Sequence record: PZ386961.1
DNA length: 64,000 bases
Direction: 5' to 3' (one strand)
Source of the DNA: a phage
The translations under genes were made by a program, and so were the position numbers. The stretch's first letter is position 1. The number at the start of each line of letters is the position of its first letter. Positions 7,987-17,459 of the stretch are shown here, piece after piece. The notes beneath the pieces were generated by a model. That model searched no databases. It saw nothing but the letters and a program-made list of their open reading frames with translations, and was not told the origin of the DNA.

Positions 7987-8010
7987 TGAAAAAGGCTCCC
8001 GAAGGAGCCT
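7987..8010 (-). terminator. rho-independent terminator (GGCTCC-CGAA-GGAGCC + U-run)
   Basis: Perfect 6-bp GC stem, tetraloop, T-run on minus strand. Confidence 0.6.
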
Positions 8011-8021
8011 GTATCTTAACC

Positions 8022-8501
8022 TTAACCGAGGACTTTAGCAAGGATATTTGCAGCCATCGAAGAAGCTTTTGCAGCAGCAACTACGCCAGCTTTGACAGTG
8101 CTATCCTTAATAGCAGATACCGTTGCAGCATCAGTAAAGAGATAAGTGATTGTTTTAGAACCACTTGTAAAGGAAAGCATAAGAGTAGTTTCCAGATTGA
8201 AAGAGCGATACGGAGCACCTTCTTTAACGATACCTTCAGCACCTAACTCTGAAGCCTTACCCATATCATAGATAGTCATCAGGTTTTCTTTGTGTGCAGT
8301 CGTTGAACCAGCACCTTTTACGTGCTTTTTAACATTCAACAATGCACGATATTCACGAATACTACCATCAGCTTTTACATTAACAGCACGGAAAATTTTA
8401 CCTTCAAAGTTACCTTGAATCATTTTACGAACTACTTCAGATTTGTTTGCCGTATCGTCCAGTGCTACCGTAATGATATTGTTCATAAGTTCTTCTCTCA
8501 A
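8022..8501 (-). CDS. hypothetical protein
   Basis: 159-aa ORF, Ala-rich C-terminus. Confidence 0.5.
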   Translation of the reverse strand: MREELMNNIITVALDDTANKSEVVRKMIQGNFEGKIFRAVNVKADGSIREYRALLNVKKHVKGAGSTTAHKENLMTIYDMGKASELGAEGIVKEGAPYRSFNLETTLMLSFTSGSKTITYLFTDAATVSAIKDSTVKAGVVAAAKASSMAANILAKVLG

Positions 8502-9193
8502 TGTTTAACTAACATAGTTTTAATGTGTGGAAGGATTCTGTTTACCTTCTGAACATTATTCTCTGTATCTTCTATAAAGCATACTATATTAAAGTAAGGA
8601 AGAATGCAAGACTGAATCATCCTCACTTTCAAACTTTCTGCACTTATAGAGTTAGTTCCAAAACCACGCATAAAAAGCAAGTAATCATGCTCTATATTGT
8701 GCCTTAAAAACATCTCAGTAGGTATTCTCTGAGATTCACCTCTTGCTGTCAAGAGTCCAACTGCTGCATGATTTGCAATTGCATCAATAATGTTGAAAAC
8801 ATATGTTGGTTTTGCTCTTACAGAATCAAGAAGATTAGTGTACTGTGAGAATGACCCATCAGTCAATTCCGTTGAGCAATCTTCGTGATTAAAATTTGTA
8901 AGAACGCCATCAATATCTGCTAAGATGAGGTTACCTTTTTCTACAAGGTCTTTATTGACTATGACTAAACTATCACGCCTTACACCTATAGTTTGTCCAG
9001 TCTCTTTGTCCACAACGTTCACAATGGGTTCTGATGTGTGGAACTCTTCAAGTGAACATACAACTTCTCTTGCAGTGTCTTCAAAATCCCTGCACTGTTC
9101 TGGAGTCCATACACAGGAATCAAGACATAACTCATGAGGATGCAAGTCATAAGCGTGGCACAGGACTTCATCAGACTTTCTTAATTTTTTCAT
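8498..9193 (-). CDS. HAD-superfamily phosphatase (possible nucleotidase) with Cys-rich N-terminal extension
   Basis: HAD motif I LILADIDGVLTN; motif II-like GLLTARGES; acidic motif FIEDTENN. Confidence 0.5.
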   Translation of the reverse strand: MKKLRKSDEVLCHAYDLHPHELCLDSCVWTPEQCRDFEDTAREVVCSLEEFHTSEPIVNVVDKETGQTIGVRRDSLVIVNKDLVEKGNLILADIDGVLTNFNHEDCSTELTDGSFSQYTNLLDSVRAKPTYVFNIIDAIANHAAVGLLTARGESQRIPTEMFLRHNIEHDYLLFMRGFGTNSISAESLKVRMIQSCILPYFNIVCFIEDTENNVQKVNRILPHIKTMLVKH

Positions 9194-9719
9194 GATTTAC
9201 CTTAGAAATGTTTGTTGCAAATTCACATTGAGCGATAACTTTCATATTGTTATAGACATCTTGAGAGTATTTCTTAGCTTTAGGGATTCTGTACGAATAC
9301 CCAGCATTATATGATGCTAAAACTTTTTGTAAAGTCTTCTTTGACTTTGGGTGACCGTGTACCTTCGTCCAAAACTCAAGCTCTTTATGTGTTTCTTTTG
9401 CGGCATAGTCAAAATCTTTTAAGAGTTTCTTTTTAGCAACATTAGGACTAATTTTGTTACGCTTTACAACAGTCTTCAAGTGATTCTGGAAGATACCATA
9501 GTCATGGGTCTTTTTATTTTCTACCTTCAGACCTAACTCTGACTCTTGTAAGGCTATAGCTGCTAGAGTGATACCCCAACCTTTACCCATGTTATTCTCA
9601 CCATACTGGTAAGCTTTTAACATGTTCACTTTTTGGCTAATTGATAGCTCTGGGCAGTCAACTGCATAAGATAAGTGTGCTGTAAACATTAAGCACAAAC
9701 CTAGAATCAATTTCTTCAT
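9171..9719 (-). CDS. secreted lytic transglycosylase-like protein (SLT domain), possible endolysin
   Basis: N-terminal signal peptide MKKLILGLCLMFTAHLSYA; catalytic-type motif LQESE...DYGIFQ resembling SLT E-S...G-L-M-Q. Confidence 0.5.
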   Translation of the reverse strand: MKKLILGLCLMFTAHLSYAVDCPELSISQKVNMLKAYQYGENNMGKGWGITLAAIALQESELGLKVENKKTHDYGIFQNHLKTVVKRNKISPNVAKKKLLKDFDYAAKETHKELEFWTKVHGHPKSKKTLQKVLASYNAGYSYRIPKAKKYSQDVYNNMKVIAQCEFATNISKVNHEKIKKV

Positions 9720-9780
9720 TGGTTCTCCTGTTTAGTTTATCGTGACATCAATTATACAGCACTCTGCACAAAATACAAAT

Positions 9781-9806
9781 AAAAAAGGCCGCCGAAGCAG
9801 CCTTTT
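9781..9806 (-). terminator. rho-independent terminator downstream of rIIB
   Basis: GC hairpin GGCCGC-CGAA-GCAGCC flanked by A6 and T4 runs. Confidence 0.5.
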
Positions 9807-9819
9807 AAGAAATTACTTA

Positions 9820-10929
9820 TTAGATTTCACGTTTACGTTGAGAGATGAGTTCACCAGCAGTGCCAACGATGACATGCAAAGCTTCAGTCTTACCGTCCCA
9901 TGCTTCCAGCACTTTACGTTGATTATCAACGATTGCTGCAACTTCATAACGAGAGGAACGCATCTTCATATCGTTGTAATCAGTTGGTACGGATACAACA
10001 TCTCGTGGATGGACACGAACCTTCAGGATGGTATCACCTGAGAAGCAACGAACATAATCCCAAGCGCCAACATGAAGACCTTGAGAGCAAGTTACGTTAC
10101 GGTTATTATCAACCATCCAACGTGGCATTTCTACAATGTTACCCAAATCATTAGGCACTTTGTAGGTGTGAGAGTCAACCAGCTTGCCTTCACGAGTAGA
10201 GACTTTCTTCCAACCAATGATGTAACCTTCTTCATCAATTTCAACATCAAGGTGAGATACAAATCCCCAAAGTTGTTCTACAGAATCTTTAGATGGGTTT
10301 TCCATCAGTTTTTCGAAGAACATTACAAGTCGTTCAAAACCTTTATCACCAGTTTTCATCATGTGAAGAATACGGTCAACCAGAGTAGAACGCATCTCAA
10401 CAGCACCGTAGAATAGCTTGTCGCCTTTGATTGTGATAGCACCCTGAGTGAAGTTTTCGATAGACTTACGAATGTTCATCAGTTCAAATGCTTTCTTGAA
10501 CTCACCTTTCACAACATGAACTACAATCTCTTGATAGTTCGGATGAGTAGACTCAACAATTTCAGATTCTGAACCATAAGTCATAATTACAGAATCACCA
10601 GTAATCATGTACTCAATCTTGTCATCTTTCTGCATAGCTTCGTGCAGTTTATTTACTGGAGCTTTCTGTACAGTGTATTTAACGACCTTTTCAACTTGTT
10701 TGCCAGCTTTCTTTTTAAAAGTCTTAGCAACTTGCTTTAGGGTCTTCTTAGCTGGTGTAGAAGTCACCTTCTTCTTACCTTTTAAGGTTGCTTCATGACG
10801 CTCTACAGCACGACCAACTGAACGGGCTGAAGTATTGAACTTCTGTGCAATAGCTGTTTTAGTCAGCTTACCTTCTTTAACCAGTTCGTAAATTTCTGCG
10901 TCAATCTGTGCTTTAGTTTTAGTAGTCAT
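9820..10929 (-). CDS. rIIB: rIIB-like protein
   Basis: C-terminal blocks CSQGLHVGAWDYV and RVHPRDVVSVPTDYNDMKMR match my recollection of T4 rIIB; follows rIIA. Confidence 0.8.
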   Translation of the reverse strand: MTTKTKAQIDAEIYELVKEGKLTKTAIAQKFNTSARSVGRAVERHEATLKGKKKVTSTPAKKTLKQVAKTFKKKAGKQVEKVVKYTVQKAPVNKLHEAMQKDDKIEYMITGDSVIMTYGSESEIVESTHPNYQEIVVHVVKGEFKKAFELMNIRKSIENFTQGAITIKGDKLFYGAVEMRSTLVDRILHMMKTGDKGFERLVMFFEKLMENPSKDSVEQLWGFVSHLDVEIDEEGYIIGWKKVSTREGKLVDSHTYKVPNDLGNIVEMPRWMVDNNRNVTCSQGLHVGAWDYVRCFSGDTILKVRVHPRDVVSVPTDYNDMKMRSSRYEVAAIVDNQRKVLEAWDGKTEALHVIVGTAGELISQRKREI

Positions 10930-11008
10930 CTTATTACTCTCTCTTGTTAGTTAATAAATCATTTTGTAAGGCTATTCTAAGGGGCTTCAAAGCCCCTTGT
11001 CAAACACT

Positions 11009-13375
11009 TTAATCGTAAATTGTAGTCCCTTCTGGAACACACTTCACATCAAAACCTAAGAACTTACTCACTTCGATGGGTGACACTTTATTCCAATCTA
11101 AATGAGAAAGCAAGAAGTTTTCTTGTTTTCTTTTTGAAAGGTAGTTTGTCACCTTAATGACCATGCGGTCACCAGCTTTCTTAATTTTCTTGTACAGCTT
11201 TGTATCATTGTCAAGGCAGTCTTTCAAAGTTTGCAACCTACTAATAGTGTAAGTATATGCAAACGGTGCAGCAACGTATTGAATTTTACCAAACATTGCC
11301 TCTACAGCATCTTCATTACCTTCTAAGAAGATAGTTTTGTTTGTATCCCGCGAATAACAATAGCCACGAGAAATCTTCCTGTTATTGAACGTAAAGTTTC
11401 TGGCAATAATCCAACTGCTTGTAAGGTCGAGGACACCATTCATATAGATACGTGTCATATACCTGTTATGATTAATCCAATGAACATCAGTTAAGCTGTC
11501 GTTCAAGAGTTTCTCATCTACTTCAATCCAGTCTTCTGGTATCTTTTTCCAATTTGCTTTTCGGAAAACATAGACTGTCTTACCTGTAACATTAGCAACT
11601 GACTTAGCTACATCTTCTGGAGATGAGCAAAAACATTCACCATCAACTGTGTCACCGACTGCCTTAATGTAAAGCTGAGGTTCTTCAATTGTATCAAAGT
11701 CCTCTGAAACCTCTTTATAGGAAGCTACACCTTCTGCTGGAACAGCTTTCCAGAGTTTTACAACACCTCTTACAGCTTCTTTACGCTGATAATGATGTTC
11801 CTTGTCAGACATCTTCACAATCTTTAACAAGCTTTTATCAAGTTTGTGCAGATTGATTAAGTCGTCTAGCTCTTTCTCTGTAGAGAATACAAAGACAATA
11901 CCATTGTATCTGTGAAACAGACTTGACTCACTGGCATAGTCTCGACATGCACCACGCAAGATTTGGTTGCGTCCTACAGTCTTCTCAGTACCATTTTTAT
12001 TTCGACGGTCATTTATAACAAACAAAAACTGTTCAATTTGACTTTTACGCATTGCGCCAAAGATATTGAACATACTTGCCTCTTGAGTGTAGGAAAGCGA
12101 TGTTGCACGAATCTTACTCTCTAAAGAGTTGAACTTGACATAAGCAACTGGGTCATAAAGATAATCTACTTTAGGGATATTGTTCCCGTTCCTATCAACC
12201 TTGATATTGCCTTTACCGTCACGTTCGTAAATGACTGAGCCGTCTTCTGCGTAGATAATTCCACGACGAATGTTTAGTAATTCTTCTTCCAGAGAATCAA
12301 GCTTAACACCGCCCCACTCTAGCTTTGGACACACAGCATTAAACATCTCTCGTGAGTTCAAACGTAACTCAGCATAAGCCTGTGCAGCATCCATGAGTGT
12401 AGGTTGGCTATTAACTTTCTTGATAACATCCTTTGTAATTGCTTCAGTTATCTTTTTAGTAGCCTCAATGATAACGTTTTTTGTCGTGTCATTCATCTGC
12501 AATGCTTCACGAGAAGCTGCAATAGCAACTGAACCAATAGGCATGTAGATGTTTACAAGGTCTACGCTCCTACGGAAAAATTCTGGCAATACTTTGAAGA
12601 AATCATCGCCAAGTAATGCTTCCATATTAACAGGGTAGGCAATGTTACCCATCACCACATTAAACTCTGTCCTGTTACCACTAGAACGCCAGCTTTGCTT
12701 ATGAATCATGGCATCATAAACACCTTCTTCACGGGCAATGACGTTCATATCTGCTAATACATCGTCGTACTCAATATTACTTTCTGGTTTTACAGTGAAG
12801 TATGAGTACACATTCCCAGCTTCTTCAAAGAACTTTGAGATACGGTGGTCAGCAACTGCCACACGTACAGCTAAACCATTAGGTTCTTTTGTTGGGTTAG
12901 TTGTCAGCTTAGTTACTTGAGGGATGCCATTCTCAAGATAAACAGAGTACTTATTAACAACACCGTCAACATAGCTAGACACTGTGAATGACTGAGCAAT
13001 TGCAAATGGGGATTTTGAGCCGATACCCATTGCACCAATGTAGTCATTAGATTCATTCTTCGTAGAAGCCCCGTAGTTTAGGTACAAACTCATAACTTTA
13101 TCATGAGTCAATCCAGTTCCAAAATCACGAACTTCAAAGTAAGGCTCAAAACGAGTAGGTAAATGCACATGGAACGGAATGTTCTCTTTTCCAGCTTCTT
13201 TCTGAGCATCTACTGCGTTACATGACAGTTCACGAATCACTGCCCTTTCTTTAAAGGTATATACACCAGAACTCAAAAGGCTGAACATCTCAGGTGTCAT
13301 TGTAATCTGTGCTTGAGACGTCTCTAAAGAAGTTGAACTCTTAATCACTTCTGCGTGGTCATTTACCATGCGCAT
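11009..13375 (-). CDS. rIIA: rIIA-like protein (GHKL/Bergerat ATPase-like N-terminus)
   Basis: 788 aa; N-box-like RELSCNAVDA, G1-like RDFGTGL, G2-like GAMGIGSKS; immediately upstream of rIIB. Confidence 0.75.
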   Translation of the reverse strand: MRMVNDHAEVIKSSTSLETSQAQITMTPEMFSLLSSGVYTFKERAVIRELSCNAVDAQKEAGKENIPFHVHLPTRFEPYFEVRDFGTGLTHDKVMSLYLNYGASTKNESNDYIGAMGIGSKSPFAIAQSFTVSSYVDGVVNKYSVYLENGIPQVTKLTTNPTKEPNGLAVRVAVADHRISKFFEEAGNVYSYFTVKPESNIEYDDVLADMNVIAREEGVYDAMIHKQSWRSSGNRTEFNVVMGNIAYPVNMEALLGDDFFKVLPEFFRRSVDLVNIYMPIGSVAIAASREALQMNDTTKNVIIEATKKITEAITKDVIKKVNSQPTLMDAAQAYAELRLNSREMFNAVCPKLEWGGVKLDSLEEELLNIRRGIIYAEDGSVIYERDGKGNIKVDRNGNNIPKVDYLYDPVAYVKFNSLESKIRATSLSYTQEASMFNIFGAMRKSQIEQFLFVINDRRNKNGTEKTVGRNQILRGACRDYASESSLFHRYNGIVFVFSTEKELDDLINLHKLDKSLLKIVKMSDKEHHYQRKEAVRGVVKLWKAVPAEGVASYKEVSEDFDTIEEPQLYIKAVGDTVDGECFCSSPEDVAKSVANVTGKTVYVFRKANWKKIPEDWIEVDEKLLNDSLTDVHWINHNRYMTRIYMNGVLDLTSSWIIARNFTFNNRKISRGYCYSRDTNKTIFLEGNEDAVEAMFGKIQYVAAPFAYTYTISRLQTLKDCLDNDTKLYKKIKKAGDRMVIKVTNYLSKRKQENFLLSHLDWNKVSPIEVSKFLGFDVKCVPEGTTIYD

Positions 13376-13403
13376 AATACTTTCCTCTTAGTTTACTGTT
13401 AAA

Positions 13404-13580
13404 TTACTTATTAAACATTTTACCAGAACCACCACACATAGGGCAACAACCTGCTCTTGTATACCCTTCCCCATTGCAGTAGTCACACTTCTTGTGTTCT
13501 GCAAAGTACTTACAAAGAAGGTAAACAAGTACTGCTACGCTACCAAGTGACAGTAAAATTTCTATCCAATATGCTTGCAT
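13404..13580 (-). CDS. small membrane-anchored zinc-ribbon protein (58 aa)
   Basis: Not in track (<60 aa); GAGGTGA RBS; TM segment then CDYCNGEG...CCPMCGGSG (CxxCxGxG-like). Confidence 0.35.
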   Translation of the reverse strand: MQAYWIEILLSLGSVAVLVYLLCKYFAEHKKCDYCNGEGYTRAGCCPMCGGSGKMFNK

Positions 13581-13897
13581 GACTCACCTCTCATATTTTT
13601 GTAAAGGATAAAGCTTCTGTCATGGACGATACTTGTAGATACTGCAAAGTTACTTTCAAGCATCTGTTTGTTTGGATTGTAGAAGCTTTTTTTAAACTCG
13701 TCAAGCGCAAATTGGTGGTTGTCTGGAAGACCTTTTACACAAACTTTTATTGTGACTGCTGCTGCAATCTTGCCATTCAGTTCTTCTTTAGCTGCTACTA
13801 AAATTTTGTTAAGGAACTTTTTACCATCTTCAGGTTTCTTAATATTCTCCCAACGTTCTTCTAAGACAATGTTGATGTTCATCTCTTTGATTTTCAT
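13562..13897 (-). CDS. hypothetical protein
   Basis: 111-aa ORF downstream of terminator 13905..13927. Confidence 0.5.
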   Translation of the reverse strand: MKIKEMNINIVLEERWENIKKPEDGKKFLNKILVAAKEELNGKIAAAVTIKVCVKGLPDNHQFALDEFKKSFYNPNKQMLESNFAVSTSIVHDRSFILYKNMRGESCKHIG

Positions 13898-13904
13898 AAT
13901 CTTC

Positions 13905-13927
13905 TCCAGAAATTAAAAAGGCTCCCG
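13905..13927 (-). terminator. rho-independent terminator after NAMPT-like gene
   Basis: GGCTCC-CGTA-GGAGCC hairpin followed by T5 on minus strand. Confidence 0.6.
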
Positions 13928-13950
13928 TAGGAGCCTCTTATCATATACTT

Positions 13951-15732
13951 TTAAAGCTGCTTGTCAATATTATTTCGAATATCACCAAGAGTTGTGTAAC
14001 CGTACTGCTCAGAGTCGCTAAAGACTAAACGTAAAGCACAAGCTGGATGTTCAAGTGCATCTGCAAAGCTCTGGAATCCATAGCCATCTACAGCTTTCAA
14101 ATTCTCACCATCCCACATAGGTGCTACACCACCAAAGGCAGATTTCTTAACACCACTATCTGTTTTAGGGTCTTTTGCAAGCATAATCTCTTTGCCACCA
14201 ATGCTTGCAAGAGTTGCTTTGACAGCAAATGCAAAGGTGTCACGAGTCATGTACTGGTAAGTGTAAGAGCCTACACCAAACACTACGTTAGAGCTTGCAA
14301 AACCCATTTCATACAGACGCTTCAGGATTTCGTTTGCACGTTCCAGCGTGATAGAGTCACCATAGATAAGGCCGATATGCTCATCCAGTACCTTAAACCC
14401 TTTAGAGTTAATAGTTCCACCAAAGATGTTGTACAGTGTCTTAATAGCTCCATCAATCTCAGCTACAGGACGTGTTACAATGTTTGCAGAGCCGTTGATG
14501 TAAGCATCTTTCAGCAACACTGTATCGGCTACTTCAAAGTCTTCTCTGTCAACCACCATTTCATAGCCTTCTACACGTAACCACCCAGCCATAACATAGT
14601 TAATATCTTCAAGCTTCATGTTCAGGACGGTGCTCAGCATTGTGTCACTGGCATTCTGCTTGATAAGGTGCTCGTAATAAGCCTTTTTAGCACACTCTAA
14701 GTGGATTGCTTTATAACCTGTGACAATATGTACAGGGTCTCCAGAGTCAGGTCGAATTACCAGTTTACCGTCACGTTCCATAATCTCTTTACGAAGTGCT
14801 GGTAAGATTTCTGACACAGTTCTCCAGAAGTTATAAGTATCTGAAACAATACTTGCAATACCAGTTGGGTAAGTTTCTGTTAAGAAGCGACGGAAGGTTT
14901 GCAACTCACCTTTAAAGCGTCTTTCTTCTTCAACCAACTCATTACCACCTTCCCAAGCAATGTTTGCACACATCACAGAGTGTTCAGTGGCTGGTACAGA
15001 GCTACCAATATCAGAGATTGGGTAGGACTGTCCATAGATTCGTTTAGCCGTATACACAGCCGGGAAGCTATCAGTTCCTTTAAAGCTGGTTAAGTGTCCT
15101 ACAGCGTTAAATGCGTCATCAGTAAAGCCAGACATACCACGCATAGCAAAGTCATGGCACTGATAAGGCAAGTGTAAGTCGTTGTCACAAGTAAGGTCAG
15201 ACCACTTCTTACAGATACGTTTGTAGTGCAATGCAATAGTTGCAATGGTACAAGCCTTCCAAATTTCAGCAGAGAAAGCATCTTCCAGATACCCCGCTAC
15301 CCAATGGAAACCTGAAACAGTGTTCTGGAAGACAATCATTGGTACACGCATAGGTACAACTGTGCCTTCTTCTACAGCGTATACTTCAACTGGTAGATAA
15401 CCTAAGTCGTGAAGTGCTTCCCAATGCTCTCGACCGATAGCATCTTTACCCAGAACACCATTCATGACTTCTAAGATTTCATCAATGGCTTCTTTTTTAT
15501 CACGTTCAAAGAAAGTGGCGTTCCAGTGGTCTATCAAGTAATCTTTAACAAAACGTTGAATACCAAAAGCTACTACACCATCAATTGCTAAAGGGCTGTT
15601 AAACCATTTATCACTACGTGGTGTCAGGTTCAACATAAGATATTGCGTAGCATCTGGATACTGATATATATGTGATGCCTTGTAAGCATCTGCATTAAGA
15701 CCTGCTGGTACTGCGTAAAGTGACTTACTCAT
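13951..15732 (-). CDS. nicotinamide phosphoribosyltransferase family protein (NAMPT/Namat-like)
   Basis: Motifs FKGTDSF, PATEHSV, IVSDTYNF, IRPDSGDP, YGDSI match NAMPT blocks; 593 aa, about 100 aa longer than classical NAMPT. Confidence 0.85.
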   Translation of the reverse strand: MSKSLYAVPAGLNADAYKASHIYQYPDATQYLMLNLTPRSDKWFNSPLAIDGVVAFGIQRFVKDYLIDHWNATFFERDKKEAIDEILEVMNGVLGKDAIGREHWEALHDLGYLPVEVYAVEEGTVVPMRVPMIVFQNTVSGFHWVAGYLEDAFSAEIWKACTIATIALHYKRICKKWSDLTCDNDLHLPYQCHDFAMRGMSGFTDDAFNAVGHLTSFKGTDSFPAVYTAKRIYGQSYPISDIGSSVPATEHSVMCANIAWEGGNELVEEERRFKGELQTFRRFLTETYPTGIASIVSDTYNFWRTVSEILPALRKEIMERDGKLVIRPDSGDPVHIVTGYKAIHLECAKKAYYEHLIKQNASDTMLSTVLNMKLEDINYVMAGWLRVEGYEMVVDREDFEVADTVLLKDAYINGSANIVTRPVAEIDGAIKTLYNIFGGTINSKGFKVLDEHIGLIYGDSITLERANEILKRLYEMGFASSNVVFGVGSYTYQYMTRDTFAFAVKATLASIGGKEIMLAKDPKTDSGVKKSAFGGVAPMWDGENLKAVDGYGFQSFADALEHPACALRLVFSDSEQYGYTTLGDIRNNIDKQL

Positions 15733-15751
15733 ATTTTAATCTCTCTCTCAA

Positions 15752-15772
15752 AATGGGGCTTTTAAGCCCCTA
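15752..15772 (-). promoter_or_regulatory. intergenic GC hairpin (GGGGCTT-TTA-AGCCCC) between PRPP-synthetase-like and NAMPT-like genes
   Basis: Perfect inverted repeat; weak U-tract, so attenuator or processing site rather than strong terminator. Confidence 0.35.
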
Positions 15773-15779
15773 TAAAGTT

Positions 15780-16661
15780 TCAATCAAGGTTTGCTACAGT
15801 AACTTGACCATAATGTGTTAAGCCACGGTCTTTAGCTTCCCCTAAAGAGTTTGTAGTGTAGATGTGGTCAATGCCATTGTCAAGAAGGTTTTCAACATCT
15901 TTAGAGAAGATACCGTGTGTTACATAGAGTTCCACACGTTTTGCACCTGCTTCACGAAGATGTTTAGCTGCTTCTATGAAGGTTCGACCACCATCACAGA
16001 TATCATCCAGAATCATGACGGTTTTATCTGTCAAATCAACATCATCAAGGATTCGCATACCAGTAATTTCACCAGTCTTAAGGTTGCGTACTTTAGACAT
16101 TGTGATATATGGTTTATCCACCTCTTTAGCAGTCTCTGCAATCTTCTTAGCAGCACCTGCATCTGGGGCTACTAAGTAATCAATCAGTGGGTCATTTGCA
16201 TAGTGGACTGCAATTTCCTTTTGAGGAATACTCTGGAAGCAGTTAAACAGGTTATCTGGTACATAGCTGTGAGGGTCAACTGCACAGACTGCACCAAATC
16301 CCATTGCATTTACCTGTTTAGCAAAAACCTTTAAAGCTGCTGCGTCGCCTTTAAACATGTGACGGTCATAACGTGCATTTGGTAAGTAGTAAAAGATGAC
16401 AGTCTTTAAAGCATAATCATGAGGAATTAAATCATCAATTGCTTCTTTAGCAAGTGCCACAGCAAACAATGTATCCTTATCATAACCTTTTACAATCATA
16501 ATCACATTGTTGATGGATGATGCTGCATAAGCAGTGAAATCAACAAACTCTGGCGAAAAGTGTCCACCAATTTCACCAGAAGGAAATTGGATGATGTTAA
16601 ACTCTTCTTCATGAGTTCCTTTAGTTGGTGAATGAACTGTAACACGGATAGATGTTTTCAT
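15780..16661 (-). CDS. ribose-phosphate pyrophosphokinase (PRPP synthetase) family protein, possibly ADP-ribose pyrophosphokinase
   Basis: PRPP-binding loop VMILDDICDGGRT and C-terminal block RVELYVTHGIFS; start at internal ATG 16661 (track 16676). Confidence 0.8.
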   Translation of the reverse strand: MKTSIRVTVHSPTKGTHEEEFNIIQFPSGEIGGHFSPEFVDFTAYAASSINNVIMIVKGYDKDTLFAVALAKEAIDDLIPHDYALKTVIFYYLPNARYDRHMFKGDAAALKVFAKQVNAMGFGAVCAVDPHSYVPDNLFNCFQSIPQKEIAVHYANDPLIDYLVAPDAGAAKKIAETAKEVDKPYITMSKVRNLKTGEITGMRILDDVDLTDKTVMILDDICDGGRTFIEAAKHLREAGAKRVELYVTHGIFSKDVENLLDNGIDHIYTTNSLGEAKDRGLTHYGQVTVANLD

Positions 16662-16672
16662 AGTTTTCTCTC

Positions 16673-16951
16673 TCAATCAAAAGTTACGTTTGTTACTGCC
16701 ATTGCAGATTTACATTTTGCAGGGTCTACAACGTGATAAAGTACACTACAGTTACCTGTGCTGTCTGGTACAGGTTTAACCCATTGTTGCTTGACAGTTG
16801 GTTCGCCTAAGTCTTTGTAAGAACCATCTGTAAAGTTGTTTACCATCTCAAGTGCAATTGGCTCTGGAACATGACCACGTATCATGTACATTTCACAACC
16901 ATTACCACCCTCACTGACTAGTGGTAAAATCTCCCACTTTTCTTTAGCCAT
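16673..16951 (-). CDS. hypothetical protein
   Basis: 92-aa ORF directly upstream of PRPP-synthetase-like gene. Confidence 0.5.
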   Translation of the reverse strand: MAKEKWEILPLVSEGGNGCEMYMIRGHVPEPIALEMVNNFTDGSYKDLGEPTVKQQWVKPVPDSTGNCSVLYHVVDPAKCKSAMAVTNVTFD

Positions 16952-17459
16952 TGTAAGTTGCCCTATAAACTGTCTCGAACTTCAACAGGAGAGATATTGC
17001 CAAATCTGTATAGTTGTTGTCAAGCACATCTGGCATATTATTTTTGATATATTTCTCTTGCTCTTCATAGGTCATCTTGGGAGTGCTTAGAAGGCTATCT
17101 CCTTGCTTTTGATTATCAGCTTTAGTCTGAATAAACCAGTTTGCACAGTGATGTTCACCACCTTTTGTAACAGGCTTGTGGTGACCTAATGTGAAGGATT
17201 GACTATCTGTGTATCTGCAAAGTTTATTGAGAACTGTAATGGTGTTCTTCACAACAAAACATTCATACAAATTATCTATAGTGTAGTGTGGGTAATAGCG
17301 GAATAGTGCTCTTTCACGAGTGCTCTCACGATTCCAGAGAATCATGTGATTTGAGTTAGAAGGGTCGTATTGGTGGGAGTCAATGAACTCTTGACGTTCC
17401 TCAAAGCTGAGTCTTAGAACTGACATTGCAGCCGAACGTTTCAGATTTGACAGATACAT
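16944..17459 (-). CDS. hypothetical protein
   Basis: 171-aa ORF, overlaps next gene by 8 nt. Confidence 0.5.
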   Translation of the reverse strand: MYLSNLKRSAAMSVLRLSFEERQEFIDSHQYDPSNSNHMILWNRESTRERALFRYYPHYTIDNLYECFVVKNTITVLNKLCRYTDSQSFTLGHHKPVTKGGEHHCANWFIQTKADNQKQGDSLLSTPKMTYEEQEKYIKNNMPDVLDNNYTDLAISLLLKFETVYRATYNG

